From assembly GCA_001786995.1 (NCBI GenBank), contig MFUO01000006.1, positions 1 through 34,396 of the forward strand: a stretch of DNA of 34,396 nucleotides. Reading direction: 5' to 3'. Shown piece after piece: positions 1 through 5,978 of the stretch; the stretch's first letter is position 1; each line of letters begins with the position of its first letter. Under the pieces are notes generated by a model, which saw only the letters and a program-made list of their open reading frames with translations, searched no databases and was not told the origin of the DNA. The position numbers and the translations under genes were made by a program. The stretch is from Candidatus Nomurabacteria bacterium RIFCSPLOWO2_01_FULL_33_17. GTDB taxonomy: Bacteria; Patescibacteriota; Minisyncoccia; Phycocordibacterales; UBA9973.

Positions 1-105
1 GGAACAGCGGTAGCGGAGAGACACTGCTTCCGCAGTGTCTCGGAGCGGACGATGTGCCGTGACGGAATTCATTACCTCACTTTGTTTTGAAAATAGGTTC
101 TAACT

Positions 106-114
106 TGGTACAAT
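106..114 (+). promoter_or_regulatory. extended -10 element TGGTACAAT upstream of tRNA-Arg
   Basis: TGnTAnnnT match 15 nt upstream of the tRNA 5' end. The same motif class recurs before many genes here. Confidence 0.35.
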
Positions 115-129
115 AGAGACACTGGTAAT

Positions 130-201
130 GCCCTTGTAGTTAAATGGATATAACTGCGGACTTCTAAGCCGTTATTGTAGGTTCGATTCCTACCGAGGGC
201 A
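130..201 (+). tRNA. tRNA-Arg (anticodon UCU)
   Basis: Hand-folded cloverleaf. Acceptor GCCCTTG/CGAGGGC, D arm GTTA/TAAC, anticodon loop CTTCTAA (TCT), T arm GTAGG-TTCGATT-CCTAC, discriminator A. CCA is not encoded. Confidence 0.9.
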
Positions 202-244
202 CAAATAAAAAAGACTATAATTATAGTCTTTTTTATTTGTGCCC
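197..244. repeat. 48-bp perfect loop-less palindrome overlapping the last 5 nt of tRNA-Arg
   Basis: GGGCACAAATAAAAAAGACTATAA (197-220) is the exact reverse complement of 221-244. Confidence 0.95.
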
Positions 245-365
245 GAGAGCAAACATCTGCATGTTTGCGTGTAGGATATCGAAAAGCTTTTCGTTGTGTA
301 TGAGAAATTTATAATTTTGAATACACCGAAAAGGTGTACAGTTCATGTAATGAAAGATCCCTACC
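241..365 (+). repeat. tRNA-linked module, copy A
   Basis: Order of parts: pseudo-acceptor GCCCGAG, hairpin GCAAACAT-CTGC-ATGTTTGC (249-268), GTAGG (271-275), 77-nt core 281-357 identical to 1661-1737, then GATCCCTACC (356-365). Confidence 0.9.
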
Positions 366-377
366 ACAAATATAAAT

Positions 378-403
378 AAAAAAGGACTGCTTTCGCAATC
401 CTT
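378..403 (-). terminator. intrinsic terminator of the 425-736 minus-strand gene
   Basis: On the minus strand: AAGGATTGC-GAAA-GCAGTCCTT followed by T6, about 20 nt after the stop codon. Confidence 0.7.
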
Positions 404-424
404 AAAAATATTTTGGCAGATATA

Positions 425-736
425 TTAGTCTGCTGGCTCACTAATATCAACACGATAGGATGCAAAAGGGATGTCTTCATCTTCCGGGAAATTTCCCTCA
501 TATCTTTTTTCGATCGGGTCTTTGACTTCACTTAAAGAAAGTGGAATCATATACCTTTCTGTGTTTTTATTGAAATTTGGTTTTTCGTTATTAGGGATTC
601 TTGTTTTTGTGAATACAATAATTTTATGACCATCTATCTTAAGATTAAGATAATAACCTCTTTTTAGTTTTTTGTACTGTTTCCAGTTCAAATTGATGCA
701 AAGGATTTTTCGATTTTCTGTGCTCATCGTTACCAT
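425..736 (-). CDS. hypothetical protein, 103 aa, acidic C-terminal region containing EDEDIPF
   Basis: Intact ORF with its own terminator, divergent from 893-1390. No family recognised. Confidence 0.55.
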   Translation of the reverse strand: MVTMSTENRKILCINLNWKQYKKLKRGYYLNLKIDGHKIIVFTKTRIPNNEKPNFNKNTERYMIPLSLSEVKDPIEKRYEGNFPEDEDIPFASYRVDISEPAD

Positions 737-892
737 AGCCTTAATTTTTTAGTTTTAGTTAAGTGAAGTTTGAATTGAATATTAATATACCAATACAAGA
801 GTTTATTGTCAATGAAAAATAAGATAGGTTTTGTCTTATTTGACATTTTTATGTATTATGTATAAAATAAAGAAAACTTAAAAAAGCGACAT

Positions 893-1390
893 ATGGAACA
901 TTTTAAAATTTTTTGCGGTGATTGGATTTATCCATCACGTGATAGTTCTACAAAAATAAACTATCCAATTGACATACCATTGGTAGCTGAAATATATCCA
1001 CGAAGTGATAGAAAAGGGAAGATGGTTTCTGAAAGTGGAATGATTAAGGAACACTTAAACAGTTCTCGCTTCCTTAAATTACATTTAAGAACTGATAATA
1101 TACTTTGCATTCTTTCTCTTCACAATGAAACTGAAAGCATGTTTCTGAAAGAAATTAATGAAGATATTTCTTTCGATCGAGAAACGCTCGCTAGGCCTAA
1201 TTCTCTTTGGTATGATGGGAAATATCCAGGAAAAATAATAAAGCATAAGAACAGAGAAGAGAATGAATGGAATTCTATTTTCTTCACCAGCATTTTACTG
1301 CAAGTATTTATGGCTGGAGAAAAATTACCAAATGGTATTTCTTTTCGTAACGCAACGATTCCCGAGATAGAATCTCTCGGGCGTTGGTAA
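893..1390 (+). CDS. hypothetical protein, 165 aa
   Basis: Intact ORF followed by a terminator hairpin. A TTGACA box lies in the upstream region. No family recognised. Confidence 0.55.
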   Translation: MEHFKIFCGDWIYPSRDSSTKINYPIDIPLVAEIYPRSDRKGKMVSESGMIKEHLNSSRFLKLHLRTDNILCILSLHNETESMFLKEINEDISFDRETLARPNSLWYDGKYPGKIIKHKNREENEWNSIFFTSILLQVFMAGEKLPNGISFRNATIPEIESLGRW

Positions 1391-1415
1391 AACGAGTCTA
1401 ATTTATTGAATATAA

Positions 1416-1445
1416 CCCCAGTTTATTATAATTGGGGCTTTTTTA
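1416..1445 (+). terminator. intrinsic terminator
   Basis: CCCCAGTT / AATTGGGG stem followed by a T-run (CTTTTTT). Confidence 0.65.
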
Positions 1446-1494
1446 TATTGCATTTTTGTATTTTTATGATAGACTGTTTTTATCAATTTAATAT

Positions 1495-1567
1495 GGGCCG
1501 TTAGCTCATCTGGTAGAGCACCTCATTTGCAATGAGGGGGTGGCAGGTTCGAGTCCTGTACGGTCCA
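1495..1567 (+). tRNA. tRNA-Ala (anticodon UGC)
   Basis: Acceptor GGGCCGT/ACGGTCC with the G3:U70 alanine identity pair. D arm GCTC/GAGC, anticodon loop TTTGCAA (TGC), T arm GCAGG-TTCGAGT-CCTGT, discriminator A. CCA is not encoded. Confidence 0.92.
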
Positions 1568-1626
1568 CAGATAAATTAAAACACGCTTGATAGAAATGTC
1601 AAGTGTTTTAATTTATCTGTGGCCGT
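1561..1626. repeat. long inverted repeat overlapping the tRNA-Ala 3' acceptor strand
   Basis: Arms 1565-1584 and 1603-1622 are perfect 20-bp reverse complements. With one bulged T the pairing extends to ACGG(T)CC / GGCCGT (1561-1626). Confidence 0.9.
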
Positions 1627-1742
1627 AAGCAAATAAACTGCTTTATTTGCCTCAGAACGAGAAAAGCTTTTCGTTGTGTATGAGAAATTTATAATTTTGA
1701 ATACACCGAAAAGGTGTACAGTTCATGTAATGAAAGAGTCCT
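1621..1742 (+). repeat. tRNA-linked module, copy B
   Basis: Order of parts: GGCCGTAAGC (resembles the tRNA-Ala 5' end GGGCCGTTAGC), hairpin GCAAATAAA-CTGC-TTTATTTGC (1629-1650), 77-nt core 1661-1737 identical to 281-357, then GAGTCCT (1736-1742). Confidence 0.9.
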
Positions 1743-1749
1743 CTTTTTA

Positions 1750-1758
1750 TGCTAAAAT
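1750..1758 (+). promoter_or_regulatory. extended -10 TGCTAAAAT, 6 nt upstream of ATG 1765
   Basis: TGnTAnnnT motif. The spacing implies a leaderless or near-leaderless mRNA. Confidence 0.45.
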
Positions 1759-1764
1759 AAATTT

Positions 1765-2238
1765 ATGAAGAAAATTATATTAGTCTTATTAATTTGCGTA
1801 ATTTTAATTTTGGGTTATTGGTTGATATCGCCTTTTTGGCGTAATAAAGTAGTTAGTGAAAATTTACCAAATACTATTGATAATATTTCTGAAGATAAAA
1901 AAGATAATGAAATTATGATTTTTAAAAAAGGAACTTTTACAGGTTTTGATAAAATTCATAATGGTTCCGGTGATATTGTTTTAGTACAAATTAATGGAAA
2001 AAATTATATTAGATTTGAGGAAAATTTTAATGTAAATAATGGACCAGATTTATATGTTGGTTTGGGTAAAAATGGTGAATATATAAAAGATAGTGAATTA
2101 GGTAAACTAAAAGGTAATATTGGTTCTCAAAATTATGAGCTACCAGAAAATATTAATTTTGAAAATGTTCATGAAGTTTGGATTTGGTGTAAAGCTTTTT
2201 CTGTACCTTTTGCAAAAGCTATTTTATTTGATTTTTAG
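1765..2238 (+). CDS. DM13 domain-containing protein with N-terminal membrane anchor
   Basis: N-terminal hydrophobic helix. G-F...H..SG...NGPDLYV pattern typical of DM13 domains. Confidence 0.75.
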   Translation: MKKIILVLLICVILILGYWLISPFWRNKVVSENLPNTIDNISEDKKDNEIMIFKKGTFTGFDKIHNGSGDIVLVQINGKNYIRFEENFNVNNGPDLYVGLGKNGEYIKDSELGKLKGNIGSQNYELPENINFENVHEVWIWCKAFSVPFAKAILFDF

Positions 2239-2266
2239 TTATCCACAGGTTCAATACTAATATCGC

Positions 2267-2295
2267 TTGCATGTGAACGAGCGTTCACATATAAT
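2267..2295 (+). promoter_or_regulatory. promoter with embedded LexA (Cheo-type) SOS box
   Basis: -35 TTGCAT (2267-2272), 17-nt spacer, -10 TATAAT (2290-2295). The spacer holds palindrome TGTGAACGAGCGTTCACA (2272-2289) with GAAC-N4-GTTC at 2275-2286. Confidence 0.75.
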
Positions 2296-2303
2296 ATAAA
2301 CAT

Positions 2304-2513
2304 ATGACACGAGAACAATACATACGAATATTGCAAAGAGAATTAGATAAACTAAATCAAGAAATTGACATGAAAATCATTTCTAAAGAAAGTTATTCTA
2401 AAGAATCTAAAGAGCATAAATTACTACTTAAAAAGATTTATCAACATACTCATAAAAATTCTTTGAAAAACTTCTTTATGAAAATATTTACTCAACGATC
2501 TTTGCAATTTTAA
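2304..2513 (+). CDS. hypothetical small Lys/Glu-rich protein, 69 aa, first gene of the lexA operon
   Basis: ORF starts 8 nt after the -10 box and ends 3 nt before lexA. No family recognised. Confidence 0.5.
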   Translation: MTREQYIRILQRELDKLNQEIDMKIISKESYSKESKEHKLLLKKIYQHTHKNSLKNFFMKIFTQRSLQF

Positions 2514-2516
2514 TAT

Positions 2517-3080
2517 ATGAATGAATATAAAAATAAACTTGTGGCTTTTTATGCATCAGCAAGTCGTATGCCGACTTATAGCGAAATGATGAAGTTATTT
2601 AGTTTCAAATCTAAAAATGCAGTTGCAAGACTTGTCGAAAAATTAATTGATACCGGAATTGTTAAAAAAGATTCACTGGGGCGACTGATACCCAGTGCAT
2701 CTTTTAGTGATGTTCCATTGTTGGGTTTAATCAAAGCTGGTTTTCCATCACCTACGGAAGATATTGTTGAAAGCACAATTAATTTAAATAATTTTTTAAT
2801 TCGCAAAAAAGATTCGACATATATACTAGAAGTCGATGGTAACTCTATGATTGATGCTCATATTGCTGATGGGGATATGGTTATCGCTGAAAAGACTGAA
2901 TTTGCCCGCGACCGAGAAATTGTAATTGCCGAAGTTGATGGGGAATTCACTATGAAATATTTTCGACAAGAGGGAAGTAAGATTTGGCTTGAACCAGCCA
3001 ATAAAGATTTTAAACCAATCTATCCAGAAAATGATCTAAAAATTTGTGCAATAGTAAAGGGTGTAATTAGGAAGTATTAA
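2517..3080 (+). CDS. lexA: LexA-family repressor (winged-helix domain plus S24 peptidase domain)
   Basis: Ala-Gly cleavage site in LIKAGFPSP, Ser nucleophile in GNSM, Lys in TMKYF. Length is 187 aa. Confidence 0.88.
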   Translation: MNEYKNKLVAFYASASRMPTYSEMMKLFSFKSKNAVARLVEKLIDTGIVKKDSLGRLIPSASFSDVPLLGLIKAGFPSPTEDIVESTINLNNFLIRKKDSTYILEVDGNSMIDAHIADGDMVIAEKTEFARDREIVIAEVDGEFTMKYFRQEGSKIWLEPANKDFKPIYPENDLKICAIVKGVIRKY

Positions 3081-3085
3081 TAAAT

Positions 3086-4081
3086 ATGAAAAAAAAGATT
3101 TTAAAAAATAATAAAGAACTAGTTATATACCAAACAAAATCAGGAGCGATTGAGTTGCGGGGGGATTTCTCGCACGAAACTTTATGGGCGACACAGGCAC
3201 AAATCGCTAATGTTTTTGGTGTTGATACTAGAACAGTTAACGAACATATAAAAAATATTTTAAAAACAAATGAATTGAAAGAATCTGCAACTGTCCGGAA
3301 TTTCCGGATAGTTCAAATCGAGGGTAATCGTCAGGTAGAACGTGATATATATCACTATAATTTGGATATGGTGATATCGATAGGTTATAGAGTTAATTCA
3401 AAAACAGCTACTCTTTTTCGTCAATGGGCTACAAAGACTTTAAAAGAGCACTTAGTAAAAGGCTATACGATAAACAAAAAAGTTCTTTTAAAGAACCATG
3501 AGCAGTTTTTAAAGACAGTATCTGAGATTCAATTACTTTTACCAACACATACAATTTTAGACCCAAAAGCTATGATTGATTTAGTGAAAGAATTTTCCAT
3601 TACTTGGAGTAATCTTGATGCATATGATAAAGATCTTCTATTTGGAAAAGGTGTTACTAAAAAGAAGATTAAAGTAAAAAGTGAAGAAATATTAAAAGAA
3701 ATAAATGAGTTAAAATTGGAATTACTTAAAAAAGGTCAAGCTACAGATATTTTTGCTCAAGAAAGAGTAAGAGGTAGTATAGAAGGTATCATTGGTAATG
3801 TCATGCAGTCTTTTGGTGGTGCCGATTTGTACCCAAGTCTTGAAGAGAAAGCCGCACACCTTTTATACTTTATAGTAAAAAATCATCCGTATATTGATGG
3901 TAATAAACGCTCGGGAGCTTTTGTTTTTATTAGATTTTTAAGAAAAAATGGTATAAAAGGTGCTCAAAATATAAACCCAGCAGGTCTTGTAGCTATAACT
4001 CTTCTGATTGCCGAAAGTGATCCAAAACACAAAGATAAACTAACCGCATTGGTTGTGGAGCTACTAAGAATAGGGAAGTAA
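3086..4081 (+). CDS. RhuM-family N-terminal domain fused to a Fic/Doc (death-on-curing-like) domain
   Basis: N-terminus matches the RhuM signature (LWATQAQIANVFGV, ISIGYRVNS, FRQWATKTLKEHLVKGY). C-terminus has the Doc-type motif HPYIDGNKRSG. Confidence 0.8.
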   Translation: MKKKILKNNKELVIYQTKSGAIELRGDFSHETLWATQAQIANVFGVDTRTVNEHIKNILKTNELKESATVRNFRIVQIEGNRQVERDIYHYNLDMVISIGYRVNSKTATLFRQWATKTLKEHLVKGYTINKKVLLKNHEQFLKTVSEIQLLLPTHTILDPKAMIDLVKEFSITWSNLDAYDKDLLFGKGVTKKKIKVKSEEILKEINELKLELLKKGQATDIFAQERVRGSIEGIIGNVMQSFGGADLYPSLEEKAAHLLYFIVKNHPYIDGNKRSGAFVFIRFLRKNGIKGAQNINPAGLVAITLLIAESDPKHKDKLTALVVELLRIGK

Positions 4082-4161
4082 ACCTGAACCCGTTTGAGGT
4101 ATCCCCCTTAAAATTTGACTTATTTTGAGATTTTTGCTACTCTATTATCTAGTGTCACACT

Positions 4162-4377
4162 ATGAGTAACAAAGAGAATGAAACGCTCATCCAAGGAACG
4201 GTTGAAGAAGCATTACCGAATGTAATGTTTCGTATTATTTTAGATGATGGACGAAAAATCATCGCATACCTTTCAGGGAAAATGCGCATGCATCGTATCA
4301 AAGTTATTATTGGAGACAAAGTAGAAATGGTGGAAGACCTGCAAGGTAATCGCCATCGAATAGTTCGTAGATTGTAA
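4162..4377 (+). CDS. infA: translation initiation factor IF-1
   Basis: 71-aa S1-like OB protein ([16 protein letters not shown]) at the conserved position before rpmJ. Confidence 0.92.
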   Translation: MSNKENETLIQGTVEEALPNVMFRIILDDGRKIIAYLSGKMRMHRIKVIIGDKVEMVEDLQGNRHRIVRRL

Positions 4378-4384
4378 AAATTGT

Positions 4385-4501
4385 ATGAAAGTTAAATCAT
4401 CACTTAAAAAAAGAAGTCCAGAAGATAAAATTGTTCGTCGTCGCGGGCGACTTTATATTATTAATAAAAAGAATCCTAAGTTTAAACAAAAACAAGGTTA
4501 A
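4385..4501 (+). CDS. rpmJ: 50S ribosomal protein L36
   Basis: Not in the ORF track. Hand translation gives [38 protein letters not shown] (38 aa) between infA and rpsM. Confidence 0.9.
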   Translation: MKVKSSLKKRSPEDKIVRRRGRLYIINKKNPKFKQKQG

Positions 4502-4503
4502 AT

Positions 4504-4884
4504 ATGCGTATTTTAGGTATAACAATTCCAGCAGAAAAAAAACTTGACATCGGACTCACTGTTCTTTTTGGCGTGGGTCGCAAGACTGCCGAAAAAGTTT
4601 TAGCAGCACAAAAAATAAAGGTTGGAAGTCGTCCAGCTGATTTGACAATGGATCAAGAAAATGCGATCCGTCGTGTTATCGAAGAAATGAAAATAGAGGG
4701 TAATCTCAAGCGTGAAATTTCTGGAAATATCAAACGCTTGAAAGATATCAAAAGTTATCGCGGTTCACGACACACTAAAAAATTACCTATTCGTGGACAG
4801 CGTACAAAAACAAATTCACGAACATTACGAGGTAATGTGCGTGCAACAATGGCTTCTGGTCGTCGAAAAGAAAGCAAGACATAG
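4504..4884 (+). CDS. rpsM: 30S ribosomal protein S13
   Basis: MRILGITIP...GVGRKTAEKVL and SYRGSRH signature, plus synteny. Confidence 0.95.
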   Translation: MRILGITIPAEKKLDIGLTVLFGVGRKTAEKVLAAQKIKVGSRPADLTMDQENAIRRVIEEMKIEGNLKREISGNIKRLKDIKSYRGSRHTKKLPIRGQRTKTNSRTLRGNVRATMASGRRKESKT

Positions 4885-4899
4885 TTTGAATAATATATT

Positions 4900-5337
4900 A
4901 TGGGAAAATTAAAGATAAAAAACAAAAATGAAGGATCACAGAATGAAGGAGTTCCAAGAACTAATTCTTCTGTCCGCGTGCCCAAAAAGAAAGTTGTAAG
5001 CGGTACACTTCATATAGATGCGACTTTTAATAATACAAAGGCTCTTGTATCGGACAAAAATGGTAATACATTGTTTTGGTCATCAGCCGGATCATTGGGA
5101 TTCAAAGGTGCTAAAAAGGGTACTCCATTTGCAGCAGCAAAAGTTGGTGAGATATTGGGTGAAAAGTCTCGTGCAATGGGTATAAAAGAAGTAGATGTTA
5201 TCATTGTTGGAGTTGGTTCTGGTCGTGAACCTGTGATTCGGTCATTTAATGCATTTGATATCGAAGTTACTGCAATTCGTGATCAAACACCAGTACCACA
5301 CAATGGTCCAAAACCTAAAAAGCCTAGACGCGTTTAA
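4900..5337 (+). CDS. rpsK: 30S ribosomal protein S11, with an N-terminal extension of about 30 aa
   Basis: HIDATFNNTKALVSD...GFKGAKKGTPFAA signature, plus synteny. Confidence 0.95.
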   Translation: MGKLKIKNKNEGSQNEGVPRTNSSVRVPKKKVVSGTLHIDATFNNTKALVSDKNGNTLFWSSAGSLGFKGAKKGTPFAAAKVGEILGEKSRAMGIKEVDVIIVGVGSGREPVIRSFNAFDIEVTAIRDQTPVPHNGPKPKKPRRV

Positions 5338-5344
5338 ATAATAT

Positions 5345-5950
5345 ATGAAACCAGTAAAGAAATATAAAGTAGCTCGAAGACTTGGTGCACATGTTTTTGA
5401 AAAAACACAAACTGCAAAATTTGCGGATTCTCTTAATCGTCGCAGTAAAAAAAGTACAAAGCGTGGTAAACCATTGTCTGGCTATGCTGAACAAATGTAT
5501 GAAAAACAAAGAATTCGTTTTTCATATGGAATTTCAGAAAAGCAATTTTCTAATTATGTTAAAGTTAGTACAAATACAAAAGGTGCAATTCCATCTCTAT
5601 TATTAGCCGCACAATTAGAATCAAGATTAGACAATATTGTTTATCGTCTTGGTTTTGCACCAACTCGTAGAATGGCTCGTCAAATGACTTCACATGGACA
5701 TTTTTGTGTTAATGGAACTCGGACAACTGTACCATCGTATTCTATAAAACAAGGTGATGTTATAACTGTCCGCGAAGGTAGTAAAAAATCAATTATGTTT
5801 GCAGATATGATTGCGAAACAAAAAGATAATTCAATTCCACCATGGTTAACATTATCTATTGATACATTAACAGGTAATGTAAAAGGAAAACCAGGATTAG
5901 TTGACAGCGGTTTTGATTTTAATAGAGTGATCGAGTTCTATAGTCGTTAA
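5345..5950 (+). CDS. rpsD: 30S ribosomal protein S4
   Basis: RLDNIVYRLGFAPTRRMARQMTSHGHFCVNG (S4 domain). Confidence 0.95.
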   Translation: MKPVKKYKVARRLGAHVFEKTQTAKFADSLNRRSKKSTKRGKPLSGYAEQMYEKQRIRFSYGISEKQFSNYVKVSTNTKGAIPSLLLAAQLESRLDNIVYRLGFAPTRRMARQMTSHGHFCVNGTRTTVPSYSIKQGDVITVREGSKKSIMFADMIAKQKDNSIPPWLTLSIDTLTGNVKGKPGLVDSGFDFNRVIEFYSR

Positions 5951-5978
5951 TTATTAGTTAAATATTATTTTCTCCTAT

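Noticed and set aside
1-80. The 3' half of SRP (4.5S) RNA, suggested by GGAACAGCGG resembling the GGAAGCAGCC helix-8 strand and by a GUGCCG segment.
   Set aside because: The match is imperfect. A self-contained 10-bp hairpin in the middle is incompatible with the 3' strand of a 4.5S-type hairpin, and the fragment is too short to decide.
249-268. A shared origin between the AAACAT...ATGTTT ends of the tRNA-Arg module hairpin and the AAACAT...ATGTTT ends of the 36-bp palindrome family.
   Set aside because: Only a 6-nt AT-rich arm end is shared, and the tRNA-Ala module copy does not have it. It is most likely coincidence.
241-346. A minus-strand micro-ORF (MNCTPFRCIQNYKFLIHNEKLF...) running through the 77-nt repeat core.
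   Set aside because: The two copies end differently (37 versus 24 aa) right after the identical core. There is no start context. The compensatory hairpin changes argue for an RNA or DNA structure rather than a coding sequence.
281-357. A small self-cleaving ribozyme (hammerhead or twister type) in the tRNA-linked core.
   Set aside because: No CUGANGA...GAAA hammerhead core, nor any other ribozyme core that I could recognise, is present.
2239-2247. A perfect DnaA-box consensus, TTATCCACA.
   Set aside because: I noticed only this single copy and no cluster of boxes or adjacent AT-rich unwinding element. One 9-mer match in 34 kb on two strands can arise by chance. It is not called as oriC.
2576-2806. 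Antisense or overlapping ORFs from the six-frame track that lie inside well-supported genes. Examples: 2576-2806, 4755-4985, 5010-5204, 5324-5509, 5382-5606, 6387-6644, 6554-6931, 7223-7576, 7260-7451, 8001-8195, 8794-9033, 9795-9995, 11546-11728, 13591-13863, 14685-15182, 16048-16302, 17745-18059, 18653-18841, 19428-19643, 20521-20793, 21174-21356, 23303-23536, 23758-23970, 24166-24384, 25076-25279, 27886-28071, 28285-28533, 31561-32178, 33147-33419.
   Set aside because: Each is fully embedded in, or opposite to, a gene with clear family signatures. Their translations are low-complexity or lack any motif. Such shadow ORFs are expected by chance opposite real genes.
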